A stretch of DNA of 64,000 nt from Nitrosopumilaceae archaeon. Its GTDB lineage: Archaea > Thermoproteota > Nitrososphaeria > Nitrososphaerales > Nitrosopumilaceae. The stretch's first letter is position 1; each line of letters begins with the position of its first letter. The translations under genes were made by a program, and so were the position numbers. The notes beneath the pieces are model-generated. The model did not search any database, had not been told where the DNA came from, and was given only the letters and a program-made list of their open reading frames with translations. The stretch spans positions 512,001 through 576,000 of the forward strand of contig CBDBMG010000002.1 in NCBI GenBank assembly GCA_965207375.1, given 5' to 3'. Shown piece after piece: positions 13,523-25,238 of the stretch.

Positions 13523-13945
13523 TAGGGATCCACCTATTTTGCCTTTAATTTCACCTATTTTTCTTTCCAGCAATTCTTTTAAATTTCACCTATTATGCTC
13601 AAAATTTTGCTCACTCAAAAACACTGATTCAGAACTTTATTATCTTACTTATAAAGCATATAACTAACCTTAACTATGTAAGAAAGAACCATCTGCACAT
13701 CGTCAAGGATACATGAAGTTTTGATTGTGGGTTTAATATATTCTAATTAACCCCATTACTAAAGTGAACTACTGTTATTTCAGCCCAAGAAGCTAAGATA
13801 TTTGCTTGCTTTATTGTTTTAGTGCATTAGCATTATGATTTTGTTGCATAAAGTTCATTTTGCTCCTGCTATGCTGGCATTTTGCTTTTTGCTTTTGCCT
13901 TCCTATTATGCCCCAAATTTTACCGGCAAAATCGATGCATCCCTA
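13523..13945. mobile_element. Non-autonomous hAT-type MITE
   Basis: TIR TAGGGAT(C/G)CA..ATTTTGCC. Perfect 8-bp TSD TTTGTATC at 13515-13522 and 13946-13953. Confidence 0.9.
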
Positions 13946-15353
13946 TTTGTATCACAATGCAGCGATATATTGTACGCACGATACGGTAAAGTGTGATTTA
14001 GCTGATTTTTACAGATGAACAAAACTTTTTCCCTAAATTACAACTTTCTATAAGCTCCAAATACGTAGTTGCAGAGTTGTAAAACTGGCACCCACAATGT
14101 ACTATACGTATAGGTATACAGTCTGAATGTCGATACACTGCAATACATCGATATATCACGATATTCGATATATCGATACAACTTAAATTTGTATCGATAC
14201 AGTATCACCGCCTAATGTATTACGATATGGTGATATATCAATGTATTGTTGCATCTCTACTGTAATACTTAACATGACTGGCCTATTTAGTATCAACCGC
14301 ATTTTAATAATTTTGTAAGACTTACTATTTATCATATTATCTTCAATTCTTGTATTGAAAACATCAAGATAGAGTAATAGTGCTTTTGCCTTTCCATTTC
14401 GAAATTGGAAGGCACAGTTATTCTCTCCAACATTCCTTTCATTTGTTTTGTTGATCTGTCTGATTTTTGATGTCAACTTCTCTTTTTCAAAGGGCATATT
14501 AAAAGGGATATCTTCAAATCGAATTGCTATCGCTAGCCTGTCTTCCCTTTTTCTTTTTATTACCAATTTGATGAAATGGCTGCACTAAAATGGAAAAATT
14601 CAATGTACAATATTTAAATATGAGCGCATTGTCAGTAATTTATTATGTAACTCATTAAATTTTGTTACTACGTATGGAGTTTTCAACAGACCAAATATTT
14701 AAATATTTAAACACATACATAAGTACACCCCCTGTACTGTATAGCACTAAACTTTGACAATGCCAAATTTTGGCAAATTTACCTCCATAGAAGTTTTGGA
14801 GGGTAAAACTTTGATGATACAAGCATCGCATGAGTCATGACTGTTACTATTAAAAATTGAAATTTGACAATGGGATAGTAATTTGCCAAAGGTTGGCATC
14901 ACCAAAGTTACAGTGTATTCGCAGCTGTTCAGTACTTTCAATGTTTTGGCCAAAGTGATGATGTTCAACTCAAAAGCGCTTTTGCTATTCCTGGCAACCA
15001 ATGAGACCAGCAATGTAATTTTGTGGTTGTTATGTACACTGTAAATACCTACAAGGCCTGTTGCAAAATCATTCACATTTTCAGAAAGTTGTCATATCCT
15101 TGCATGAAGAAACTGCCTTAGAGGAAAGCTTATACCTGTGTGGACTGTATTACAATGTGTGGCTGGGTATATAGCAGCAGCTTTCATTCCTTACACGCAC
15201 GTAGGCTGCATGCTTACATGGGTACAGACTAGTGCAGACAGACACGTTTTGATAGATGGATAGATAGATACCATTAGATAGATAAATAGATAGGTAAACA
15301 CATACTTTTCTGGAAACAATTTCGTATACGCCTGGTTTAACAACCTCAAATAA

Positions 15354-18300
15354 TTAAAAGTGATTTGCATTTCTGCATATACGTACCTGGTCTAAATCCA
15401 AATCTGCACAGCATTCAAGCAGAGCAGTACCAAACTGATCAAAAATGTTTTTCTCTACAGAAACTATTGGCTCTTTCATGATGACATTTTCTTCTTCTGC
15501 AATAAGACTCGTCAAAACTGTATCAAGCATATGTTGTACAACCAATTTCTTCAGTTTTCCTGAATGCGGTTCATCCAATCCATGTTCAAGCATCTATAAA
15601 ATGAATTTGTGATGTATGTAATACATTATTAAGTACGGTAGTACTTAATAGTAGGGATTGACACGAAAAAATATGGCATCCCACTTTTATGTGCCTCCAT
15701 AACACGCCTCACAATATATTTTACTTGAAAAAGCCGACTTAAATCCATTGGTAACACTATAATAACACTGTACCTTTGTAAAACGTTGTGAAAATCCTAA
15801 CAATGTGATCTGTAGAGGTTTTCAAAAATTTTCAGATCCTCCCTTATTTTGTCTGACTGCCTGCCGTGCCATAAGATCCACTAGCGCTAGGAGTATGGCT
15901 CTAGATTTTTCACACAATAAAGACTATCGTGTCCAATTTACTAAACTGTTGTTCCGATGAAGATTTATCCACTGCGCCATGGAGTTTCTTTTCATCCTTC
16001 ACTATCTTTCTTTTCTTTCTGTATTCATTAAAGGATGTGAGAAAATCACGAAACAAGGTGTTTATCGACATGTTGTACATACAACTTTACGTCACAAAAC
16101 AGCCACTTGCACACAATTTTTGATGTTTTTCGAATATAATACAGCTGTTTACCATGTTAACACTCTTGTTAACAAGCGCCTGTATTAGGTAGGCACCTGT
16201 AACAATTTAGTCACCTGGAAAACAAGACAAACTACGTATAAATTAAGTATGCTATAAAAGCACACAAACTAAAATTTAAAAATTCAAAAAATGAGTTGTG
16301 ATCAATCTTTCACTACTGCAAAAAGTAAGGAAACAAGGAATAAGATTTGGCACAAGAGAACACTAAAGTTTAATCCCTACTTTGGCTCACAATTTCAGTA
16401 GGTCAGTAGGTATGATCAAGTCAAAAGTAGGGGTAAAATTTTAGTGTTCTCTTGTGCCAAAATCTTATTCCTTGTTTCCTTACTTTTTGTAGCTGTGAAA
16501 GATTGATCCCTACTTACTTTTTAAACTTTTAATTATTCTAGTTAATATACAAAGGAGTGAATCTATGAACAACCTTAATTGTGATTTTTCATTATCTACA
16601 CTCATATCCACATGAAGCCATACTTTAAAGAAACTTTCAGAGATTAGAGATCTAGATAACTAATGAAACAAATTCTTGTCATCACTATATAGGTTGTACA
16701 AAGTAGATATACTCAGTCATAGACCGCTTGTTAATAGTTTCCCTAGCAAAATAAGTAGATTAGAAAAACTGCTTGTTTGGTAGCTATACAATATTAAAGT
16801 GATTTTGTTAATTATTATTTCAACTGCATCAAAACCATTTCAAAGAAAGTAGTGCTGCATTATTCTATTACCCATTGGGAGCGGAAAACATTAATTAACA
16901 TTTTTTGCATACAAGTTAAGTTATTTCACAGACATATTTGTGTGATATCCTTGCTGTTAACATTTGTCCCCAGCTTTGCCTACAGGAATATGGTATTCAT
17001 GCTTGGGATATAACTATAGCTTTCTACATCAAACCGAATACGAAATATAATCAAAGCTGGAGGGAGTGCCACAACAGTAAAATGAGGATAGTTACACAAT
17101 ATAGAGGCTTCTTATAATGACAAAGTATCTTGTGATATCTGTATAAATTCCCCAAGTATGTGCAAGCTTATATAGACACATGTTTTATGCTTAGTTACAA
17201 GACTTATTACCTTGTATGTAAAGTATAGTAGAATGGAACATCCTGTTACAACCTGAGGATTCGATATTCCTACAACATCGAACAGCATGGGATTAATCAA
17301 TTCTAATATCTCCGCACGGCCACCATCAATGAGGTCTTTCTCAATTCGAACTACAGCTCCTGCCATACTTGAAGCAGCTTCCAAACGATCTGGTAATTGC
17401 TGAAAAGCTGCAGCTTGATCTACGTTACTTGGACCAAATTTTGGGTTCTTAAAAGGAATCAGCAGTGCTCGTGATGAAATTCTGCATGTGTACATGTATA
17501 TAAAGTAATAGTACGTATGTACGTACATGAGTTGTATGCACATATGCAATAATCTATGTACATACCTTTCATTTTTTCCAAAAGTGAAATTACTGCTGTA
17601 TATTGGGCATATTAAAGGAAGTAGACTTCCACACATTACAATTGCGGATATTGTTCCATTGTAAAAAGAAACAACTACTTCATTTAAATCAACAGGAAAG
17701 CTAGGGTCATCAATTCCAAACGGCAAGCTAGAAATTGCTGCACGCTGTAAACAAAATGCCTTGCTGCACTTCATGTAATGATTTTTTGTGTTATCAGCAC
17801 CAAATAAACATAATTGACATGGATTTACCTGTTGAAACAGGTCCAGTTGCCATAACCTGGGGACAAAATTGGAACAATTTCAAGATTTCCTGATAATGAA
17901 TGCTCATACCTCCAGCACCCATCATCAGGATGCAACTCAAATAATTGTGGGCTAAACAAGTTTCTAATGTGTCCAGTAATTCTGGAAAGATTTGATTGGA
18001 AGTTGATACTTTGATATCAAATGTTATTTCTTCAAAAGATAATTCTTTTGAATTGCCTCCAAGCGATATAGAATTCTTCAGCCAGACATAATTGTGAGAG
18101 CTTGTATCCAGACCATCTTTGTTAAAAGCAATATCTTTTGAAAACACCCAAATATTTCCACATTTTTGCTTTCCCAAAAACAGGACTCCTATTTTTGGTT
18201 CACGATTAGGGTGGCTCTTATGAAATTTACATTTTTTCCAGCTTATGTATTGTGCAAGTTCTTTATCACTGAAAGAACATACTAGGCCACCACTTCCAAA

Positions 18301-18628
18301 GGTAGAATTGATCTGGGTTATGAAATCTACCTTTTTATGTACTGCTGATGTTGTAAAGTAACAAATTCTACAAATAGGGATGATGCATACCAAACCTAAC
18401 TTCATATATATAACTTTACCTTTTCTGTTGGTCAAATTGACGATTGACTGAGCATACAAATCCAGTCTTAGATCCAGCTTTTACAAAGTCTAATAATTCC
18501 AATCCAAAATCAGACTTTGGGAAGTATGAACCTCCCTTGGATATCCCAAAGGAAAACTCCATGTCACAATACTGGTATGGGTTATCAGAATCATCAGAAT
18601 TCTCTGTAAAACTTGAGTCTCCAGACAT
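15354..18628 (-). pseudogene. Intron-containing P-loop ATPase resembling phage/MGE DUF927/Cch-like AAA+ helicases; frameshift just after Walker A
   Basis: Exon 18628-~18420 splices in frame to 18367. Motifs: LGKQKCGNIWVF, Walker A GPVSTGKS, (frameshift) LFGADN..YMKCSKAFC, Walker B LPFGIDD, IYSSNF and spliced RISSRALLIPF (Arg finger-like). A further putative exon lies at 15593-15354. Confidence 0.65.
15650..16381. mobile_element. Non-autonomous TIR element in an intron of the ATPase gene
   Basis: Termini AGTAGGGATT...AATCCCTACT. An inverted copy of its ~90-bp subterminal region follows at ~16425-16512. Confidence 0.55.
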
Positions 18629-19069
18629 TGTAAAGCAGCAGAAGCACCAAGATACTTAACTTAGCTCACACTGCTACACTTTATATAAGAACCCACTCTT
18701 TTGATAAGAATGTGTTAATAATTAAAATAATTTTATGTAGATTAGTGGTGGTAGACTATAAATTGTAGTCTATGATGCAATCAGCAACACTTAAAAGCCT
18801 TCTTCAAAGATATTCTATTGCTGTTATGAAATCTACAGGTCATAGCTAACAACTTATAGATTACTTATCCTATCATCACATTAATGTACCTGATATGCAC
18901 AAAGTAGGCTTTTCTGTGGATCTTGTGTAATCACCAGTGAACAAATCCTTATATGATAGCTACCACCATGTGCTTTAAAGGTCACTTTTATGAGGAAGGT
19001 CCATATGTATCTGTTGAGTAGCTCAGGAAGAATGCTGGTAGTATTGGTTATTATATTGCTGCTTGGTTG

Positions 19070-22010
19070 TCAAGGGACACTTGGCACTAAGATACCAAAA
19101 TCATGGTCCACAAGAATTTCTGAAGTACTGAAGAAATATGATCTTACATGTAAGCAGTATTATATAATTCAGCAAAATTACATAATATGGAATAGGCAAT
19201 GAGATCCATCATCATGGGGAAATTTCACTGGTATCAAGAAGGACAGAATTGGAAGGTCCTCCACAACCGGAAGACATCCTATACCCATCTATTATAATTT
19301 GGAGTCCTTTTGAGGAGCACAATTTGGAAAGTATAGTTAAATGCCCTCTCTGTCAAAGTAGCTTGATTACTCATGACAAATATTGGGCAGATGGTACTCA
19401 TTCTTTTCAACCTAGAACATTACATTCATTTGATCACTTAGTTTTGTTGGTGAGCTGAGTTTATCAATGTATCAGTAAGCAAATATTGCTAGCACACGAC
19501 GAACGGTTTCTTCAGACTCTAGCAAAGTCAATAAATGTTCCATTTGTTTTACTCCACAAGACAGTATATACTAAAGAATTTATCAATAAGGTTGTAGTAC
19601 TTTGTAATAATGGATTAAATTTTTTCAAGGTTGAATCCATGAGCATAGAAGAACATTGGAATTATCATAGTATTTTAGAGCAAAAGTATTGGCAAGAGTT
19701 AAAGGAATACAAATCTCATTATCCCATGGAAGAACTCCAAACTATATCTTTTCCTACATTTACAATAGATGGAGGACCATTGTGTAGCATTCCAAGCAAT
19801 GATGCCATTGCTCAATGTTTCTTGAAAGACTTTATGGAGAAGGAAAGGTATTACATATCAGAAATGGTACACTTAACAAGCGATATATGGATCAACTGTG
19901 ATCATACTTTTAAAGTACGTAGCATCGAATATCGGATATTTGAGAGAATATAAAAAGTGGATTCGACAGTATAGCGAAGTATTCTTTGTCTTGAATAATG
20001 AAGGAAAAGTTATAAGTTGGCAGTTTACTAATGGAACATCTTTTGCTGAAATACAAATGTTGCTGACAAATTTAAAATATCGCTTTGAAACCCTAGGTGC
20101 TAAAGTACAAAAAGTAACTGTTGATAATTGTTGTCAGTGGAGAAATAAAATACAAGTTATATTTGGAAATAGCACGAGTGAGTGTATGTTTAGATGTATT
20201 TCATGCTGTGCAAAGAATTTCAAGAGCACTGCCAAAGAAACATCAATTATTTCATAAATGCATTGATGACTTAAAATTTGTTTTTAGAACTAGTGGAGAC
20301 TTGGGTATAAAGAGATGCAAGTCAACACCCTCACCAGACAAAATGCTCAGTAATATGGACCAATTTGTTGAAAAATGGAAAGACATCACTCATTCAGAAG
20401 TACCCTTGTTGAATGGTGGAGCACTAAATGAAATTGAAAAACTTAAAGTTCATATCACTCATTCAGGAAAGGATGTCTATCTAACATTGAAGTGGGATGT
20501 GGAACTAACTGAAATGAAGCTTTACACAGGCACATCAATTCCTTTTTCTACCAGAGCAGAATCAGTATGCTTCTAGCTTATGCACTTATGACAGTGCTTA
20601 TATATTCTCACAATTCTGCTCAACAAATTAAACCGAAAAGAGTTATAAAACCAATCAACACTATCATTGCTGAAGAGGCAAAACGTTCATATTTATCTTC
20701 ATTGTCAGAGAGGGTAACGACCATCATAGAACATTTTGGAATAATGCCCAAAGATTTATCAGATTTAAAAGATGATAGAGTATTCTATGACAAGCCTTCA
20801 GAAGAATGTGAAGGAGGCATTTTTGACCTAGATACAGCAACTATGCTGCTTTCAAATGCTGTACAGCAAAGTATGGTAGTTAACCAGATGAAATATTGCA
20901 AGCAGCTCCAAATATATTTAGTGATGCAAAAGGAGATTGAAAAATTAATTACTTCACCGAAGGATACACATGCTCCAAATGATCAGTTCCTAAATAATCT
21001 ACTTGAATCCAACAATCTACAACTGATTCCAGTTCCAGGAGATGGTAACTGTTGTTTTACTGCTGTAGGTAAGGGATTACAATGCATACTTGAAGAAAAT
21101 GGTGCATACAAATCAAGTCTTCTGGAACATGTGAACTCAATTGGTTTACAAATTGGTGATCTGCAACACACATCTTTGCAACTTCGAAAACTGACCATTG
21201 AGGAGTGGACTAGTTCTAACAAGAGTTTTTATGAAAAATTTCTTATCAGTCACCAAAATATTGATGATGCCACAGAAAAATTTTCTGAATCTGGATATTT
21301 TCAAAATGATCTTGGCGACTTAATGATATTAGCACTATGCAATGTGCTACATCTACCTATTATTATTTTTTCAAATATACCCAACCAGCCAGTTATTCCC
21401 ATATTGCCCAGAGAGACACGCTTTGACTCGTTGCTTTTTGTAGCATACAATCACATAGGTGCAGGCCACTATGATGCTGCAGTTACAAAGAAAAGGACGT
21501 TATCACAACCCAGGAACGATAGCTACTGCAAATGTGGTGTTAATGGAGATAAGCCCAGTTGTTGTAACAATGAAGGCTACCATACTGTGTTTTAAGAAAG
21601 GCATTGGATGTTCACAGTTGTGTAAGTGCAAAAACTGCTCAAACACATTTGGCAGAAGATCTTTATTGGGTAAAAGGAACTGAGTTATGCACACACAGCA
21701 GTATACTCTCCCAAGTAGCAAATTATTTGCTGAAGAGCAATCTGAGAAAATAAAGTATGGTCCATGGACACTTTTGGAAAACATAATTCTGGCTCATGTT
21801 CTTCAGAATTTCAGTGAGAATTTAGAAGATATGACAACAGAACACATACTACAAGGTTTCAATGAAATTATTACTTTTAACAAAATGTCACATTGCACTA
21901 TACAAATACCTGACTATATAATGATTGCAAGTCATAAAACTCCCTTGCAAATAAATGGTAAACTCCAATCACTATCATTACAAAATGAACAACACAAGAA
22001 TGACAAGTAG
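19070..22010 (+). pseudogene. KDZ/Zisupton-like DDE transposase fused to an OTU cysteine protease and a CXC/CRC-like cysteine cluster; decayed
   Basis: Motifs reassembled across frameshifts: VKCPLC, LAHD, WINCDHTFKV/ASNIG, VLNNEGKVISW, VTVDNCC, CLDVFHAVQRI, GCGTN*NEALHRHIN. OTU: VPGDGNCCF...GHYD. C-terminal CKCG..C...C.KKG.GCSQLCKCKNCSN. In-frame intron at 19150-19195; TGA stops at likely CGA codons (19456, ~20510). Confidence 0.75.
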
Positions 22011-23389
22011 CTAACAGCTGGAATTAATAATGTATTTACTTTAAGTTTTGAATATGCACTCTAGATCTATGTTTCTGTATATGTATGTATGTGTATGTAT
22101 GTAACTACAGGCATCACAATAATTATGCAATGTAACTCTTTTTTGGCTGTAAATGCACATGCAAATGCTTACAACTACAGAATACAGGGTAAAAACAAGC
22201 CAGCTATATACGTACCTAATCAGCATCAATTACACAACATAATTTCGTATTTTAGAAATTGGGCTGGGCAGAGCAAATTATTACTAATCGTACTTCAAAT
22301 GATTTACTAATACCCGGTTAAGTTTTGCTTCTGTGGTGTGGTTGTGTAACTCAGGATGTTTATCAGATAAGGTGCCTAGGTCTTTATAGGATGTAACAGT
22401 ATTTATTAACACATGGTTTAAATGGTACGAGTCATATAATGATGACGAGGACCAAGGCGCATAAGTTTATACTTACTGATGTTGAAGTGCAATGCCAATG
22501 GATGGAGTTCAAGTCTTTTAGAAGGCTACAGTAGATCATCATCACTGTTTCTAATTACTTTAAATTTTAGTTTCATCTGTAAATGCATAGCTACCTACGT
22601 ACATGAGACTTGATATGACTTAAGTAGCTAGATCATTCACATGTATGATGAAAAGAGAACCCAAAACATTGATCCCTGAGGGACACTACAAATAACTTTT
22701 CTATTTAAAAGAAAATTGCTTATCTAACTGGCTAACAAGTTTACCATGGATGCCAAATTTGGCTATAGGCTGCATACTAAACGCTGATTAGCTACGTACG
22801 TATATGTGTACATCGGTAGTAATATACGTAACTAACACACTCCAGACCAATAAAAGACATATAGCTAGCTATATTACATAGTGTCATACATACATACGTA
22901 CATGCTCCTCTATGCTTGGTTTGCTAGCTATAGACAGTCTAATGATGCAACTTTGAAAGGCAGGATAGAAGGACAAAGTACATACGTACATAGCTGTATA
23001 TTTCTCCTGTGCATTCAAATTACTGTTTTAGTTTGCTCTCAGCAATAACTTGCATAGACAAAAGGGTTAGCCGACAAAAGGATTGGCAGAACTTATACAA
23101 GTAAAGAAGTTGACATTGTGCTGCGTACATCTAAAAAGCCAGGCAGTCTAGTTTGTAATTACCAATTATTTTTTCTATTAATTAACAATCAAATCTTTGA
23201 ATTAGTGGTTACTATGGAGTTTTTTCAACAATGAGCAATGTAACAAATACTCAGAATCCTCTCAACTGTTTGTTTCTTACAAATTATTTCAGCTAACACT
23301 CCAGCATTTTAAAAGCAGCCATACCCTTTGTTAAAGTTGAAGCACTTTGCTGTTCTTGCTAACATATGAAGCCCGGTTTCACTGGAAAA

Positions 23390-24497
23390 TTAGAACCATT
23401 AGAACCAGGAAAACCATGAGAACCAGTGGAACCATTAGAACCATTAGAACCAGGAGAACCAGGAGAACTATTAGAACCAATGGAACCATTAGAATCAGTT
23501 GAACCACTAGAACCAGTGGAACCATTAGAACCATTAGAACCATTAGAACCAGTGGAACCATTAGAACCATTAGAACCAATGGAACCATTAGAACCAGTGG
23601 AACCACCAGAACCAGTTGAACCATTAGAACCAATGGAACCATTAGAACCAATGGAACCACCAGAACCAGTTGAACCATTAGAACCAATGGAACCATTAGA
23701 ACCAGTGGAACCAGGAGAACCATTAGAACCAGTGGAACCACCAGAACCAGTGGAAACATTAGAACCAGTGGAACCATTAGAACCATTAGAACCAATGGAA
23801 CCATTAGAACCAGTGGAACCAACAGAACCAGGAGAACCATTAGAACCAATGGAACCATTAGAACCAATGGAACCACCAGAACCAGTTGAACCATTAGAAC
23901 CAATGGAACCATTAGAACCAATGGAACCAGGAGAACCAGTAGAACCAGTGGAACCACCAGAACCAGTGGAACCATTAGAACCAGTGTAACCATTAGAACC
24001 ATTAGAACCAATGGAACCAATGGAACCATTAGAACCAATGGAACCATTAGAACCAGTTGAACCATTAGAACCAGTTGAATCATTAGAACCAATGGAACCA
24101 TTAGAACCAGTGGAACCACCAGAACCAGTTGAACCATTAGAACCAATGGAACCAGGAGAACCATTAGAACCAGTGGAACCACCAGAACCAGTGGAACCAT
24201 TAGAACCAGTGTAACCATTAGAACCATTAGAACCAATGGAACCATTAGAACCAGTGGAACCAACAGAACCAGGAGAACCATTAGAACCAATGGAACCATT
24301 AGAACCAATGGAACCATTAGAACCAATGGAACCATTAGAACCAGTAGAACCACCAGAACCAGTGGAACCATTAGAACCAGTTGAACCATTACAACCAATG
24401 GAACCATTAGAACCAGTGGAACCAACAGAACCAGGAGAACCATTAGAACCAATGGGAACCAGTGGAACCACCAGAACCAGGAGAACCATTAGAACCA
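23390..24497. repeat. ~1.1 kb tandem array of 9-bp units GAACCANNN; open as (Gly-Ser-X)n on the minus strand
   Basis: About 120 units with NNN = TTA/GTG/ATG/GGA/CCA/GTT/ACA/GTA and higher-order blocks. Two minus frames are open; the plus EPx frame has two TAA stops. Confidence 0.95.
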
Positions 24498-25200
24498 ATC
24501 ACTACCAGCAACTTGAGTAATGAAATATCTATTATAATGCCATGAAACGTCAAATGATGCCATGATTCATACCATGAAGCTTTTATTTCATTAGTAGTTC
24601 ATGGATACAATGATATATAGGTTCTTCAGCTATAAAAATCACATGAATTTAAATTTCATGGTTTTGGGAGATACCATGAATTTTTTTTCAATGCATTCTA
24701 CAAATTTCATAGGAGTTTCATGGGTCTGCTGACTATAATCATGATTCTTAAGCTTATCAATTATATATCCAGCTATTTACATTTTGGTGGTGAGAAAGTT
24801 GCTAACTGGTGGTAATCATTTTTGATGTGGTTAGGATGATTATTAATTATCATGCATAGCTACTTGCCCTTTCACTGCAAGGTCTCCATTTTAGTATGCA
24901 ACTGTGTCTAGCTATAGCTGTAGTAACATGTGTTATGCATGCAATAGCTTACGTAGCTACACTAATGTTGATAGTGGAGCCACATTTTAGTCTTTTTCTC
25001 TGGCTGAAGCACTGACAAATAGCTAAACTGGCCGAGAGTGAGAAAAGTAGATAGCTATGTAATAGTTGTCAATTAAGCTACGTATGTAGCTATATATATA
25101 GCTAGCAACTTGGTGAAAGGGATCTGCATTGTGCATTGCCATTAGGAAAGTATTGCTCTAAAATGGAATTTAGCATGTCCTCGATTGTCTCCGTCATAAA

Positions 25201-25238
<38 letters not shown>

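Noticed and set aside
13058-15076. ORFs 13058-13525, 14183-14566 and 14747-15076 as genes
   Set aside because: No recognisable motifs; they run into MITE or ATCGATAT-rich repeat sequence. They may hide decayed exons, but I cannot support this.
23379-24452. 357-aa (VLMVPL)n ORF and plus-strand (EPL)n ORFs as real proteins
   Set aside because: These are by-products of the stop-poor 9-bp repeat; the EPx frame is broken by stops and the VLM frame is implausibly hydrophobic.
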